This document shows, in pieces, positions 12,297 to 25,195 of a stretch of 64,000 nt of DNA; the stretch's first letter is position 1; the number at the start of each line of letters is the position of its first letter. Made by a program: the position numbers and the translations under genes. The DNA lies in the NCBI GenBank assembly GCA_951406725.2, contig OX597820.1:19158001-19222000 (forward strand). Reading direction: 5' to 3'. The notes beneath the pieces were generated by a model, which was given only the letters and a program-made list of their open reading frames with translations, was not told where the DNA came from and made no database searches. Source of the stretch: Octopus vulgaris (taxonomy: Eukaryota).

Positions 12297-12973
12297 TTTG
12301 GATTTGTATGAATTTAATATACTGTGTTTTCTTGGCTACTTTGTTATGTTTGTTTTTGTGTTTCTTTTTGTTTTGCCATTTTTGCGTGTATTTGTTACAT
12401 TTCTCCAGTAAAATGTAGGTTTGGCTATTATTGTCAGATGTTGGGTGCTTGAATCTGGCATTTTTAAATTCCTTGATTTTCATACTAAGTAAAAATAGAT
12501 TTTCAGCAACTTTTAACAGAGCTGAGTTTTGCATACATAGCGATTAGATATGAAATTTTGACGGAGTCTTTCAAGAAAATTCAGCACCTTAATCTTGACG
12601 AATTCTTCAGGTATTCCTTGCAGAATTCTTAAACAGAATAGACATGTTTCTTACAGCCATATCTCCGCAGCACTATACTCTACTTATGAGGGGTATGTTG
12701 GAACTTTTCCCTCTTCCTCAAACTTGAAATATATAAATAAAATAGAATAAAAACAATGGACGAACATTGTTTTCGAAAATACATTAAAAGACATTTTTCT
12801 GTGTCTATTTCTAAGCTTCCTACTTCCTGGTAAATAGCATTTATTTTGCTTTTGAGGTTATGGAATAAATACAGTGGTTGTGGAGTTTAATGTTATGTGT
12901 GTACATATTGAAATTTTTTTGCTGCCTAAGATATGAGACATAGGATTATGTTTGCATGTGTGTGTGAGTGTGA

Positions 12974-13046
12974 ACCTCCATAGCTCAACGGTAAGAGCAC
13001 TGATCTTCTAAACCAGGGTTTGCAAGTTCCATTCTCACTGGAGGCT
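12974..13046 (+). pseudogene. tRNA-Thr(TGT)-derived pseudogene, anticodon now TCT
   Basis: 73-nt cloverleaf: acceptor ACCTCCA/TGGAGGC, D stem GCTC/GAGC, anticodon arm CTGAT-CT-TCT-AA-ACCAG, T arm GCAAG-TTCCATT-CTCAC. The body matches metazoan tRNA-Thr(TGT). Four stem mismatches are all G>A. Confidence 0.8.
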
Positions 13047-13267
13047 TCATGGAGTCTGTTATTTTATAGGTGCGGGTGATTGTATGGTCTGAAGCTTGCT
13101 TCCTAACCTCAGGGTTCTGGGTTCAATCCTACAACATAATACATTGGCTAAGTGTTTTCTACTATAGCCTTGGGCCAACCAAAGCTCTGTGAGTGGATTT
13201 GGTAAACAGAAACTGATAGAAGCCCTTCGGATATATATATATTTATGTATATGTATATCTGTGTGTG

Positions 13268-13308
<41 letters not shown>

Positions 13309-13392
13309 TCATCATCATCGTTTAACGTCCATTTTCCATGCTAGCATGGGTTGGACGGATAGATATATATATATATAATATATGTATATATA

Positions 13393-13439
<47 letters not shown>

Positions 13440-13442
<3 letters not shown>

Positions 13443-13735
13443 CAAAATTAAGAGGAATGACCACTAAAGTGGACACCTGATATGGTAAACATAGACGTCA
13501 AATCGCCATTACCACGAAGAATGGTCCATAGGTAATCATTTTTTTATTTCGTATATTTTCATCTGTCTTGCTCATTTTTACATTTTGGCGTTTTGCTGAG
13601 ATTTTTTCTTGAGAACACACTCTTTGTGGTAATGTCAATTTCACTTCTAACACAATTTTAAATCTTCAGATTTTTTAAATATGCTAAGCTACTGGTCTTA
13701 ATTGATTAATGTCAATTTCCACCCTTATTTAATTA
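13440..13735. repeat. (TA)n-embedded repeat, rearranged and partly inverted relative to 14815-15097
   Basis: AAGAGGAATGACCACTAAAGTGGACACCT occurs at 13450 and 14914, and inverted at ~15062-15090. Segments 13556-13730 have reverse-complement matches in 14815-15040. Confidence 0.8.
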
Positions 13736-14194
13736 TATATATATATATACATACATACACACACACATTTTGACTAAAATTCACATTACTTAAAGTTTCA
13801 AATACTACAAGCCTCTCCCTAGCTAATTAAATAGTATATATTCCTATATGCTATTAATTAAACTAATCCGATTAGTTATATTAATTACATAGCTAACTAA
13901 CATACTATTAATGTTATATCGCAATAAGTGACTGCTATTTATATATAACAATTTAGTTTACCAGTTCACTAGGTAGCCAAAGAATAATGGCACAAACTCA
14001 CTAATGAGGGAAGAATCTGTTCTGGAAGTGTTTCTGTAAGAAGATACCCAATTAGTTTACTGTTTACTCTAGAAGTCGTTTTTACTTAATATGAAGTTTT
14101 CACATTGTCTGCAATATGCACAGCTAAGGCTTTCGAATATAACCATAGAGTTGCCTACATTACACACAAGCACACATGTATATCTATGTATGCA

Positions 14195-14250
<56 letters not shown>

Positions 14251-14479
14251 CACACATACATATATGCTTGTTTATGTGTATGTATGTACGTATGTTGCTA
14301 ATTGTTTGAAATGTGGTGTAGATAGACAGCTGACAACTGATGAAGGGTCTTTTCTCTGTGTTAACTTGTCCTGTTTTCCATTTTTTCTTGTTGTTTACAT
14401 ATTTCACTTGTTTTTCCCTCTTTTTTCTATGTATTTCATGTTATTTGCACTGTTAGTGTCGTCCTATGCCCATATATGC

Positions 14480-14524
<45 letters not shown>

Positions 14525-14814
14525 TATACACACACACACATATATATATATATATATGGTGTCCGCATCATGATCCTAAGATTGTGGTTTCGATTCCTGG
14601 ACTGTGCGACGTGTTGTGTTCTTGAGGAAAACACTTCATTTCACGTTGCCCCAGTCCACTAAGCTGGCAAAAATGAGTAACGCTGCGATGGACTGGTGCC
14701 CCTCCAGCTGGGGAGCACATACGCTATAGAAACTGGGAAACTGGGCCCATGAGCCTGGCTAGGCTTTAAAAGGGCACATTTATCTTATTGTTATTATATA
14801 TATATATATATAAT

Positions 14815-15095
14815 TAAATAATAAGGGCAGAAATTGATGTTAATCCATTAAAACCAGTGGCCTAGCTATATTTAAAAAATCCGAAGATTAAAAATTGTGT
14901 TACATACAAAATTAAGAGGAATGACCACTAAAGTGGACACCTAATATGCTAAACATAGATGTCAGATCACCATTACCATGAAGAATGTGTTCTGAAGAAA
15001 AATCTCAGCAAAACGCCAAAATGTAAAAATGAGCAAGATAGACGTCTATGTTTAGCATATTAGGTATCCACTTTAGTAGTCATTCCTCTTAATTT

Positions 15096-15097
<2 letters not shown>
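14815..15097. repeat. Second copy of the (TA)n-embedded repeat, with an internal inversion
   Basis: 14905-14960 is complementary to 15040-15097. (TA)n lies on both sides. Confidence 0.8.
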
Positions 15098-15145
<48 letters not shown>

Positions 15146-15501
15146 TATGTTGGTACAAATGGGGAAAATAGAACTCAAAATATGAGTATATGTATATTTT
15201 TATTGATATTTAGCAGAAGTAACAAAGTGACTCAAGGTCTGAGAGTTTTGTGTGTTGGCAAGTGCTGCTTAATCCAGGAGGACACACATGGTGAGAAAAG
15301 GTCATCGAAGAGGTCACAAATGTGTGGCAAAACATTTCCGGACAATGGGCATAGTATAAAACAAGAACAATAATAAATGAGTGAAGAACAAATATATAGT
15401 GTGTGTGTGTGTTTATTTGGCAAAAAGCAAAAGAAAACAAAATGACCATCCCAAAATATAACAATATGTATATACAATTATGTCGATATGTATATATTAT
15501 A

Positions 15502-15790
15502 GAGGCACATGGTCTAGTGGTTAGAGCCTCGGACTTGCAGTCGAGGGATTGTGGGTTCAAATCTCAGACCAGGTGATGTGTGTGTTTATGAGCAAAACAC
15601 CTAAGCTCCATGTGGTTCTGGCAGAAGGTAATGGCAAACTTCTGCTGACTCTTTCGCCACAACTTTCTCTCACTCTTTCCTCCTGCATCTTGCAGCTCAC
15701 CTGCGACGGACCGGCGTCCCGTCCAGGTGGGGAACCTATATGCCAAGGAAACTGGGAAACCGACCCTATGCTCCACAAGGGGTAAAAAGG
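15502..15790 (+). mobile_element. tRNA-derived SINE, family B-related with an alternative tail
   Basis: GAGGCACATGGTCTAGTGGTTAGAGC A box and GGTTCAAATC B box. The body is shared with family B, while the tail differs (GACCGGCGTCCCGTCCAGG). Confidence 0.75.
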
Positions 15791-16382
15791 ATTAAGAAGA
15801 AGATATGTATATATTGATATAAATATCTATTTCTGTGTATGTATATACATACATATGTTTTATATAAACGCAGGGCAAAAAGACTGCTTTCTTGGAGTAC
15901 TTTTGCTCTGTCTCATGTGGAGGGATCTTGGGCTTTTGCTCAATAAGTTCATAAATTTGAAGCACATGGATTTCAGCTGCAGGAAAAGTATTTGACCAAT
16001 ACCAAAATTACCACTCAGAGGTGTCTAATACCAAACTTACACCATTTACTGCTAGAGAATATGCATGAGTTAAAGGAATTCCCAAAATATCTATAATAAT
16101 AACTGAGAATTTCTAAACATGTGTCTGCTTGACTTTCTGGCTTATTAAATCAGCAACCCCCTGGAGTCTGACCCTAAGTAGAACCTATTTGTAATTAGAC
16201 TGACCTTGTGAATGTTTCTGTGTTACTTTGGTCCACCAGCCTACGGTGCGAATTACAACCAATTTATAACAATTATAGTGTGTGTGTGTGGGTGTGTATG
16301 TGTTTCTGTGTCTGTGTCTGTAAAATATAAAATATGTTATATAGATATATATGTGTGTACATCTATGTATATATGTGTGTGT

Positions 16383-16760
16383 GGAGGCGCAATAGCCCAG
16401 TGGTTAGGGCAGCTGACTCATGGTTATAGGATTGCGGTTTCAATTCCCAGACCGGGCGTTGTGGGTGTTTACTGAGCGAAAACACCTAAAGCTCCACAAG
16501 GCTCTGGCAGGGGATGGTGGCAGACCCTACTGTACTCTTTCACCACAACTTTCTTTCACTCTTACTTCCTGTGTCTGTTGTGCCTGTAATTCAAAGGGCC
16601 AGCCATGTCAAACTCTGTGACATGCTGAATATCCCCAAGAACTACGGTAAGAGCATGTGTGTCTGTGGAGTGCTCAGCCACTTGCACTTTAATTCCATGA
16701 GTAGGCTGTTCCGTTGATCGGATCAACTGGAAGCCTCATAGTCATAACGGATGGAGTGCC
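16383..16760 (+). mobile_element. tRNA-derived SINE family B
   Basis: Full-length match to the reverse complement of 798-1175. Confidence 0.85.
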
Positions 16761-16871
16761 AACAGTATGTGTGTATGTGTGTTTATATGTATCTGTGTAT
16801 GTATATGGAGAGTAAGAGAGAGACATTATAATAAATATTAATATGAGATAAGTATGTAAGATACATACATA

Positions 16872-17032
16872 AGCGCAGAAGTGGCTGTGTGGTAAGTAGC
16901 TTGCTTACCAACCACTTGGTCTTGGGTTCAGTTCCACTGTGTGGCAGCTTGGGCAAGTGTCTTCTGCTATAGCCTCAAGCCGACCAAAGCCTTGTGAGTG
17001 GATTTGGTAGATGAAAACTGAAAGAAGCCTCT

Positions 17033-17077
<45 letters not shown>

Positions 17078-17305
17078 TATGTGTGTATCTGTGTATGCTT
17101 GTGTGTCTGTTTATCTCATATCATCATCGCTTGACTTCCGATGTTGGTGTGTTTACGTCCCCGTAACTTAGCAGTTTGGCAAAACAGACTGATAGAATAA
17201 GTACTAGGCTTGCAAAGAATAAGTCCTGGGGTCGGTTTGTTCGACTAAAACTGCGGTGCTCCAGCATGGCCACAATCAAATGACTGAAACAAATAAATGA
17301 ATAAA
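16872..17305 (+). mobile_element. SINE family A, full length
   Basis: GTGGCTGTGTGGTAAG A box, GGTTCAGTTCC B box, CORE-like CTTGGGCAAGT, internal (TA)/(TG)n, and tail AATGACTGAAACAA. Confidence 0.85.
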
Positions 17306-17358
17306 TACATGTATGTATAATTTATATATGTATTTATATATCATTGCATATATATTAT

Positions 17359-17554
17359 AGGTGCAGGCATGTCTGTGTAGTAAGAAGGCTGCTTCCGAAC
17401 TACATGGTTCTGGGTTCATTCCCACTGCGTGGCAATTGTTTTCTACTACAGCCTCAGGCTAACCAAAGCCTAGTGAGTGGATTTGGTAGATGGAAACTGA
17501 AAGAAGCCCATTGTATATATATGTGCATGTTTGTGCGTATTTATATATATATAT

Positions 17555-17596
<42 letters not shown>

Positions 17597-17825
17597 TGGT
17601 ATATATCAATGTGTGTGTGCTTTTGTATGTTCCCCCATCACCACTTGACGACCGATGTTGGTGTGTTTACATCCCCGTAACTTAGCGGTCTGGCCGAAGA
17701 AACTGATAGAATAAGTACTAGCCTTAAAAAAATAATAAAGTCACTTTCTTCAACTAAAACCCTTCAAGGCTGTGCTCCAGCATGGCCGCATTCAACTGAC
17801 TGGAACAGATAAAAGAATAAAAGAA
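17359..17825 (+). mobile_element. SINE family A, older copy
   Basis: Same architecture as 16872-17305 but more diverged. Confidence 0.75.
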
Positions 17826-18245
17826 TTATATAGGCATTATAAACGATATACACACAAGTGTATATATATATATAATTTTTTTTTGTTTTTCTTTCTTTTC
17901 CTTCCTTTGTACTTTTTTTTTTGTAAGTCTTTCATTGTAAAAAAAAAAACAGAAACAAATGAAAGCAATCTGATTTATGTTATAAAAAAATAACTTTTTT
18001 TCTATTTAATAGTTTTCTCCATTGTGATCAATAATATTTGTGTGCCATAACAGTTAGTAGTAGCGATAGTATATGTGTATATATATACATAAGAAAAATA
18101 TGCCGTTTTATATATATGTGTATACACACACACACACCACACACACACATATATATATTTATATGTATGTATGTCTATACATACATACATACATAAATAT
18201 ATACATATATTTATATATATGTATGTATGTATTGATGGATGTATG

Positions 18246-18314
<69 letters not shown>

Positions 18315-19043
18315 GCACATACACACACACACACGCGCGCGTGCGCACACATACACACACACATATATATATATACATATACACACATATATAAAACAAC
18401 ATATTTTTGGGGGGAAAACCAAACTTTCCGCATTTCAACTAGGAAAATTGACAAACATCACGGGAGGACAACAGCATGACGCTTCAATGTTGCTATTAGT
18501 ACGTGCTCTGAATTCGCACGCATGAATGCATGCATGCTTATACTCACATTATCTTCTTATTTTCTGCTTGTTTCAGTCATTAGACTGCGGCCACGCTGGA
18601 GCACATTTTGAAGAATTTTTAGTGGATGGAATAGACCTTTGTAATTAATTAATTAATTTTTTTTTAAAGCTTGGTATTATTATTCTATTGGTCTCTTTTG
18701 CTGAACCTCTAAGTTACAGCGGTATAAACACACCAACATTCATTGCCAAATTGTGGTGGAGGACACAAACAGACTCAAAAATACTCACACACACACATAC
18801 ATATTAAGAATCACTAGCTATGAAGAATGCACACATGCATGCATGCATACACACATACACATATGCTGCTAAAACTCACTTTCTGTAAATACACACACGC
18901 ACACGAAGGCCCACGTGCAAACGCATGGAATATTATCAAATTGCTATGAATACATGCTTGCATGTGTGCATGTATGCGCCTGCACACACACACACACACA
19001 CACACATTTGCTACTATACTCACTTGCTATGAATATACATTCA

Positions 19044-19300
19044 GGCATGCTTACATACACACACACTCATACACACATATTAGCATGCTTACGCACACAC
19101 ACTCATACACACATATTAGCATGCTTACACACACACACTCATACACACATATTAGCATGCTTACACACACACACTCATACACACATATTAGCATGCTTAC
19201 GCACACACACTCATACACACATATAAGCATGCTTACGCACACACACTCACACACACATATTAGCATGCTTTCACACACAGACACATACACACATTCATAC
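19044..19300. repeat. 36-bp minisatellite (~7 copies)
   Basis: Unit TAGCATGCTTAC(A/G)CACACACACTCATACACACATAT repeated in tandem. Confidence 0.9.
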
Positions 19301-20014
19301 ACATGTTAGCATTCACTTTGTGTGAATACACATTTATGCACACGCATACACACACACATGTGCACACACATGCTACTGCCCATGCACACACGCATACACA
19401 AGTGCTCATAAACACATACATAGTCAATGATCGAAATACAATGTTTGTTTTCGGGGTTTTTTTTTGTTTTGTTTTAGATTTCTATGGAAAAATTTGACAT
19501 AATTATTTTGGAGGAGGTGAGTGGGGGAGCTGTAAAAAAAAATTAATAATAATAATAATAATAATGTTAAGAAAATTCTTCCTTTTTTTAAAAAAAAAAA
19601 AAAAGAATATTTAAGATGCTTTTTAGTTCTGTACTGACTCTTTCAGGTTTCATAGTAAATTTTTTTTCTTCCCCCACTTCTTGTTAACTAGGTTTTTCAA
19701 TAAATTCAATTGTCACAAGTAAAAAAAAAAAAATAAATAAAATAAGAAAAAAAAGTCGGAATAGAGAATTTTAAAGTTGTACTTTTTAAAAATTTTTTAA
19801 TCTTAAAAAATAATTACATCTCTTTTGTCTTAAACGCATTAGTGCTGGTTTGGCTGTGTGACTCTGATGTGGGAATTCATACATCATACATCGTCACCCC
19901 CGTGTTTAGGAAACGGAATATTATTTGACATCTGTTGTTTGTTGATTGTTTCTGACAAGAAGCCCTATCAGTGAGAAGCAAGCTTTAGTTCTAATATACC
20001 TGATTCAGTGAGCA

Positions 20015-20345
20015 TGTGTGCGCGTGTCCGTGTGTGCGTTCTCTCTCTCTCTCTCTGTCTCTCTCTCTCTCTCTCTGTTGCATTGAGGTAATTGCAGACG
20101 CGTTCTCTTAGAGAAAGCCAGCTGTCAATGTGGTATCAGGTTTTATCTACACCTACTCTGGTGTTTTTATGTGTGTATCAATAACGGTAAACTTAAAATG
20201 AAGCACGGTTTTCTTTATTCGCATTATCGAAGAAGAAAACTTTTTACCTCTTTTCGCCGTGTGGACATACAACGCGCAGATATCCGTCCAAATTATATCG
20301 CACTTTTTCCGTAAAAAAGAAATCAATTCTCTGTGCATGCATCAT
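20015..20345 (+). promoter_or_regulatory. CpG-retaining unique segment: candidate promoter and first non-coding exon
   Basis: Many CpGs in an otherwise CpG-poor window, a (CT)n tract at 20040-20076, and a consensus donor CAT|GTAAGT at 20346. No expression data are available. Confidence 0.35.
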
Positions 20346-21480
20346 GTAAGTTAAAAACTGTTTTCTTTGTTAACGACTTGGTGCAGCCTCCGAGAAAAAA
20401 TTATTACAAAAAAAACAACAAAAAACAAAAAAAAAACGTTTGCACCTGTTAGAGATTTATAGCCGGGCTTGTTTGTATTCAATTGATTTTTCTCCCACAT
20501 CCTTACTTGCGGGGGTTACGTGTTAAGCGTTGTGAACAGCATGTTGCGTATAAAGGGTCCAGGGATGCTGCGATTTATCTTGTCTGATGCTAGGATAGCT
20601 TCCGCTAGGATTCTGTTCGGAATTTGTTTTATACCGGCAAATAAGATTTCAAATTTTCTGATTTCATTTTTTCCATCATCATCATCATTGCCGTCATCAT
20701 CATCATCATTATCATCATCATCATCATCATCATCACCATCGCCACCATCATTATCATCAGCAGCTGCAGCATCATTTAGTGTTTGTTTTCCTTCCCAACA
20801 TAGTCGAAGGGTTACACAGGGGTCCAGCAAGGTGCAGAGCCCTGGAGTCGCATTTGGTATGGTCCCTGCGATTGGATGCCCTTTCTGATACCAACAACTT
20901 CACAATGTGATCCGAGTGCTTTTTTTTTTTTCATGTCACCAGCTCTAGTGTGGTTGCCAAGCAACTCACTACACAGAATAAGAGCATGAGAGAAAGAGAA
21001 AGGCTTCACAACTGAGGGGTGAAGAGTTTTTGAGAGTGGGGGAGATGGCTTTATGCCAGGTGGTGAAAGGGTAAAGTATGACTGAGGGACAAACAAAGGT
21101 GTTTAGCTATAGAAATACATGGCTACCCCTTATTTATAGTATTAGACCACAACAACAAAATAAAGACATTTCTTCAACAGTCCTTTTTTATTTTGGCATA
21201 AGGCCACCAATTTTAAGGAGAGGAGCACAAGTTGATGGCATTGATCCCTTTCTCCCAGTTCTTGATCGGTACTTTATTTTATCCACCCCCACCTACCACA
21301 AAGGGTGAAAAGTAGAGTTGACTTTGAGAGGATTTGAACTAAAATTGTAAAAAGCCTGAGGTCCTGGGCTCAGTCCCACTGCACAGCCGTATGTTCTTCA
21401 GTAGCCCCAGGCCAACCAAAGCCTTGAGGATAGATTTAGTAGACAGAGACCGAAAGAAGCTCGTTTTATATGTATGTATG

Positions 21481-21558
<78 letters not shown>

Positions 21559-21836
21559 GCACATGCACACATATATATGGTACAAACATATATAAACAAG
21601 ACAGAGACAAGTGAGGGAACAACAAACAAGGTGTGTTAGTTTGACACTCAGGAAAAATGAATAAGTTTTTGATATTTCAAGCCAATGCCCTTTGATGAAG
21701 GGGATGAGGAAAGAAAATGGAGAGAAGAAAAGAATGTGTTTGGATTAACGCTTTCATGTGTTGTATTTGTCTCTCTCACACAGACTCTCCTTCTCTCTCT
21801 CACTGCATATCTGTATGTCTATCTATCTATCTATCT

Positions 21837-21899
<63 letters not shown>

Positions 21900-21922
21900 C
21901 ACACACACATGCATGCATGCAT

Positions 21923-21957
<35 letters not shown>

Positions 21958-22003
21958 TACATATATTGGAAAATGTGTAAGACCCTTGGTACAGTTGGGT
22001 TTG

Positions 22004-22183
22004 TTTGAAAAAGCAAAAGAAAAAATGACTTCACTGGTAGTTTTAATTAGTTTAATTTATTATTTTTTAATTTATTAATAACATAAATTTTAGATCTATG
22101 AACTAAAATCTATATTATTAAATAATTAAAGAATGATAAATTAAACTGATTAGAACTACCAGAGAAGTCATTCTTTTTTCAAA
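22004..22183. repeat. AT-rich foldback inverted repeat
   Basis: AATGACTTCACTGGTAGTTTTAATTAGTTTAATTTAT pairs with ATAAATTAAACTGATTAGAACTACCAGAGAAGTCATT. The centre is at ~22095. Confidence 0.85.
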
Positions 22184-22743
22184 TATATATATCAACCCAT
22201 GCCAATATGATGGAAAATGGACGTTAAATGATGATAATGATGATGTATATACACATACATATATGTACTTGTGTGTGTGTGTGTTTTTTGTGTCTTCTTG
22301 TCTTGACATTATGTGATAGTTGTAAATGAGTGTCACTGTTATACAAGCAGTGTCATTCCTTTCCAACGTTCTGTGAAAGCATGTCTGGCTGTAGGGAAAA
22401 ACATTACCTTGCTTAGAGACAGATAAAGATTGGCAACAGGAAGGGCATTCAGCCTTAGAAAAATCGGCCTCAATAAACTCCATTTGACCCATGCAACCGT
22501 AGTAAAGGGGACACATCTGAGTTCATCTGCAATTTTCAATTTGTCATATCCTTTCTTTTTTTTCTTTTTTCTTTTTCTTTCTTTTTTGTCCCCTAATTAC
22601 AAGATTCATATATATGTGTGTTCATGTGAAAGAGAATCTTAGAAATAACATTTTAAAAATATTTATGGTAAATTGAAATCGTTAAAATATATTAATTTTT
22701 GCATATCATTATAAAACATTCTTTTATTTTCTTTTATTTCCAG

Positions 22744-22814
22744 GCCCCTGAAAATATTCCAATGTGATTGTTTTACCATAGGATGAACGATATATGGGAT
22801 AAAAATTATATTGG
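22744..22814 (+). other. Candidate 71-nt internal exon (probably 5' UTR)
   Basis: Strong acceptor TTTTATTTTCTTTTATTTCCAG| and donor GG|GTAAGT. All three frames contain stops. An internal ATG at 22783 opens MNDIWDKNYIG. Confidence 0.55.
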
Positions 22815-23087
22815 GTAAGTTTACTTTGTTTATTTTATTTTATTTATCATTTGTGTGTGTAGGGAGCGGGGAGCTTAGGTACAGGCGTGGCTGTGTGGCT
22901 GAAATGTTTGTTTTCTTTATAAATGCATGGTTCCAGGTTCAGTCCTACCGTAAGGCACCTTGGGCAAGTGTCTTCTACTTTTGTTCTGGGATGACCAAAG
23001 TCTTGTGAGTGAATTGGTAGAAGGAAACTAAAAGAATCTAATTGAGTGTGTGTGTGTGTATATATATATATGTGTGTGTGTGTGTGA

Positions 23088-23420
23088 AGGTGCATGGCTC
23101 AGTGGTTAGATCATCGAGCTTATGATTGTGAGGTTGTCAAGTTCGATTCCTGGACCGGGCTGCATATTGTGTTCTTGAGCAAGACACTTTATTTCACATT
23201 GCTCCAGTTTACACGGCTGTAGAAATGAGTTGCAATGTCCCTGGTGCCAAGCAGTATTGGCCCCTTTGCCTTTCTTTGGGTAACTAGTGGCATAGAGAGG
23301 GGAGGCTGGTATGTATGGGCAACTGATGGTCATCCATAAGCAACCATGCCTGGACTTGTGCCTCAGAGGGTAACTTTGTAGGTGCAATCCCATAGACATT
23401 CATGACTGAAGGGGGTCACC
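23088..23420 (+). mobile_element. tRNA-derived SINE (CORE-like)
   Basis: TGGCTCAGTGGTTAGA A box, GTTCGATTCC B box, and GTTCTTGAGCAAGACACTT core. Related heads are at 14560-14790, 2600-2730 and 32080-32215. Confidence 0.7.
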
Positions 23421-23659
23421 CTATATATATAAATAAAGGTGGCTTATTTGCAATTTACACCAAATGGCAGAACTATAGATGTCACTAAAGTGACTAGATA
23501 TGTGTGTATGTGTGTGAGCGTATTAGTTTTGATTCATTCAACTAAAAAAACCTTTCAGGTAGTGCCCCAGCATGGCCGTAGCCTCTAATGACTAAAACAT
23601 GTAAAGGAGAAAAAAAAATGGATTAATATATATAGAGAGATTATCAAGAACTTCTCTCC

Positions 23660-24760
23660 CAGTGGTTCTCAACCATTTTTTTTCCTTTTTACTGATGGAA
23701 CCCTGTGATTCATATTTTACTCACTGAGACCCTTATAACCATTTCATGTTTAATCCTTTAGCACTGGAATTTTCAACCATTTTTTAAAATCTATGGATCC
23801 CTTTGATTACAATTTTCTCCTTGTGGATCCCCATAGACACTTGATGGTTAAAAACTAGTCTTATAGAAACTTCTTTCAAAATTCCTATTTTGTTTTTCAC
23901 AAAAACCAATACATCTAAAGCAAAATTTTTCTCAGGGGTCCTTAAAATACTGTTGTGGATCTGCAATTTACTATTTTATTGTGTGGACCCACTTTGATTA
24001 CTGTTTTATTCTGGTGGGCCCCCATAGACATTTGATGTTTAAAATCTAATTTTATAGAAACTTCTTTCAAAATTCCTATTTTATTTTTCACACATTAACT
24101 TGTGTAGGTTGAACCATGTAAAATGTTAGAGAGAAAAACTGAGCTATTTCTTACAATACATATCAGTATATATACATCTAAAACAAACTTTTTTTAGGGG
24201 TCCTTAAATTACTATTGTGGATCTCCAATTTTCTATTTTGCTGCGTGGCCCCCAAAGTCTTATATAGACCCTCAAGTGCCATATGAACCCCTGTTACGAA
24301 CCATTGTTTTAGCATTTAAAGCAGCCATATCTGGCCAAAATAATCTGCCTGTTTTATCTTCAAACTAGCCAGTTCTGGCCTCTCACACTTACCCTACAAT
24401 GTTAGTCTAAAAATGAACAATCACTTCATTGTAATCTCAAAGCTACAAGGTAATGCACGACAAATTCAAAACAATGTGAATTAATAAACCTTACATTTGA
24501 AATCTGAATGCCAAAAGGTAAAAAAATATGATATTATATTTTTTAAATTAAATATTACTAAGAATTGTATAAAAAATTGTTAAAATATATTGGATATTAT
24601 AGAATTGGAGCCTGGTGCAGCCTTCTGGCTCACCAGTCCTCAGTCAAACTGTCCAACCCATGCCAGCATAGAAAGTTGATGTCAAACGACGATGAAATAT
24701 TAACAATAAAATCTCATATGGACCCCCAAAAGTCACCTGGACCCTGGTTGAGAACTACTG
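23660..24760. mobile_element. hAT-type MITE cluster with internal duplications and nested fragments
   Basis: TIRs CAGTGGTTCTCAACC (23660) and GGTTGAGAACTACTG (24746-24760). A related copy is at 34604-34839. Confidence 0.6.
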
Positions 24761-24967
24761 CTCTATGAAGTTACTCTCCTTGCTAGAAATAGCAGCTAAT
24801 TTCCTGAAAGTCACATCCTACACTCTTAAAGCTAGAAAGACACATTGGACAATGTAATTCTACATGTGATACACCAAAAAGATGTGATGGTCAAGACTGG
24901 AATGTCTTTGATCCTAAAGCTAGAAGGACACATTGGACAATGTAATTCTACATGTGATATAACAGAA

Positions 24968-25195
24968 GGCGAGCTGGCAGAAACGTTAGCATGCCGGGTG
25001 AAATGCTTTGCGGTATTTCGTCTGCTGTTACATTCTGAGTTCAAATTCCGCTGAGGTTGACTTTGCCTTTCATCCTTTCAGGGTCGATTAAATAAGTACC
25101 AGTTACGCACTGGGGTCGATATAATCGACTTAATCCGTTTGTCTGTCCTTGTTTGTCCCCTCTGTGTTTAGCCCCTTGTGGGTAGTAAAGAAATA
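24968..25195 (+). mobile_element. SINE family D1 monomer with TSD
   Basis: 12-bp TSD GATATAACAGAA at 24956-24967 and 25196-25207. It sits in the second copy of an ~87-bp local duplication (24831-24917). Confidence 0.9.

Noticed and set aside
13500-13520. Minus-strand GGTAATGGCGA resembling the HDV ribozyme P4-J4/2 region
   Set aside because: I could not build the P1, P1.1, P2 and P3 double pseudoknot around it.
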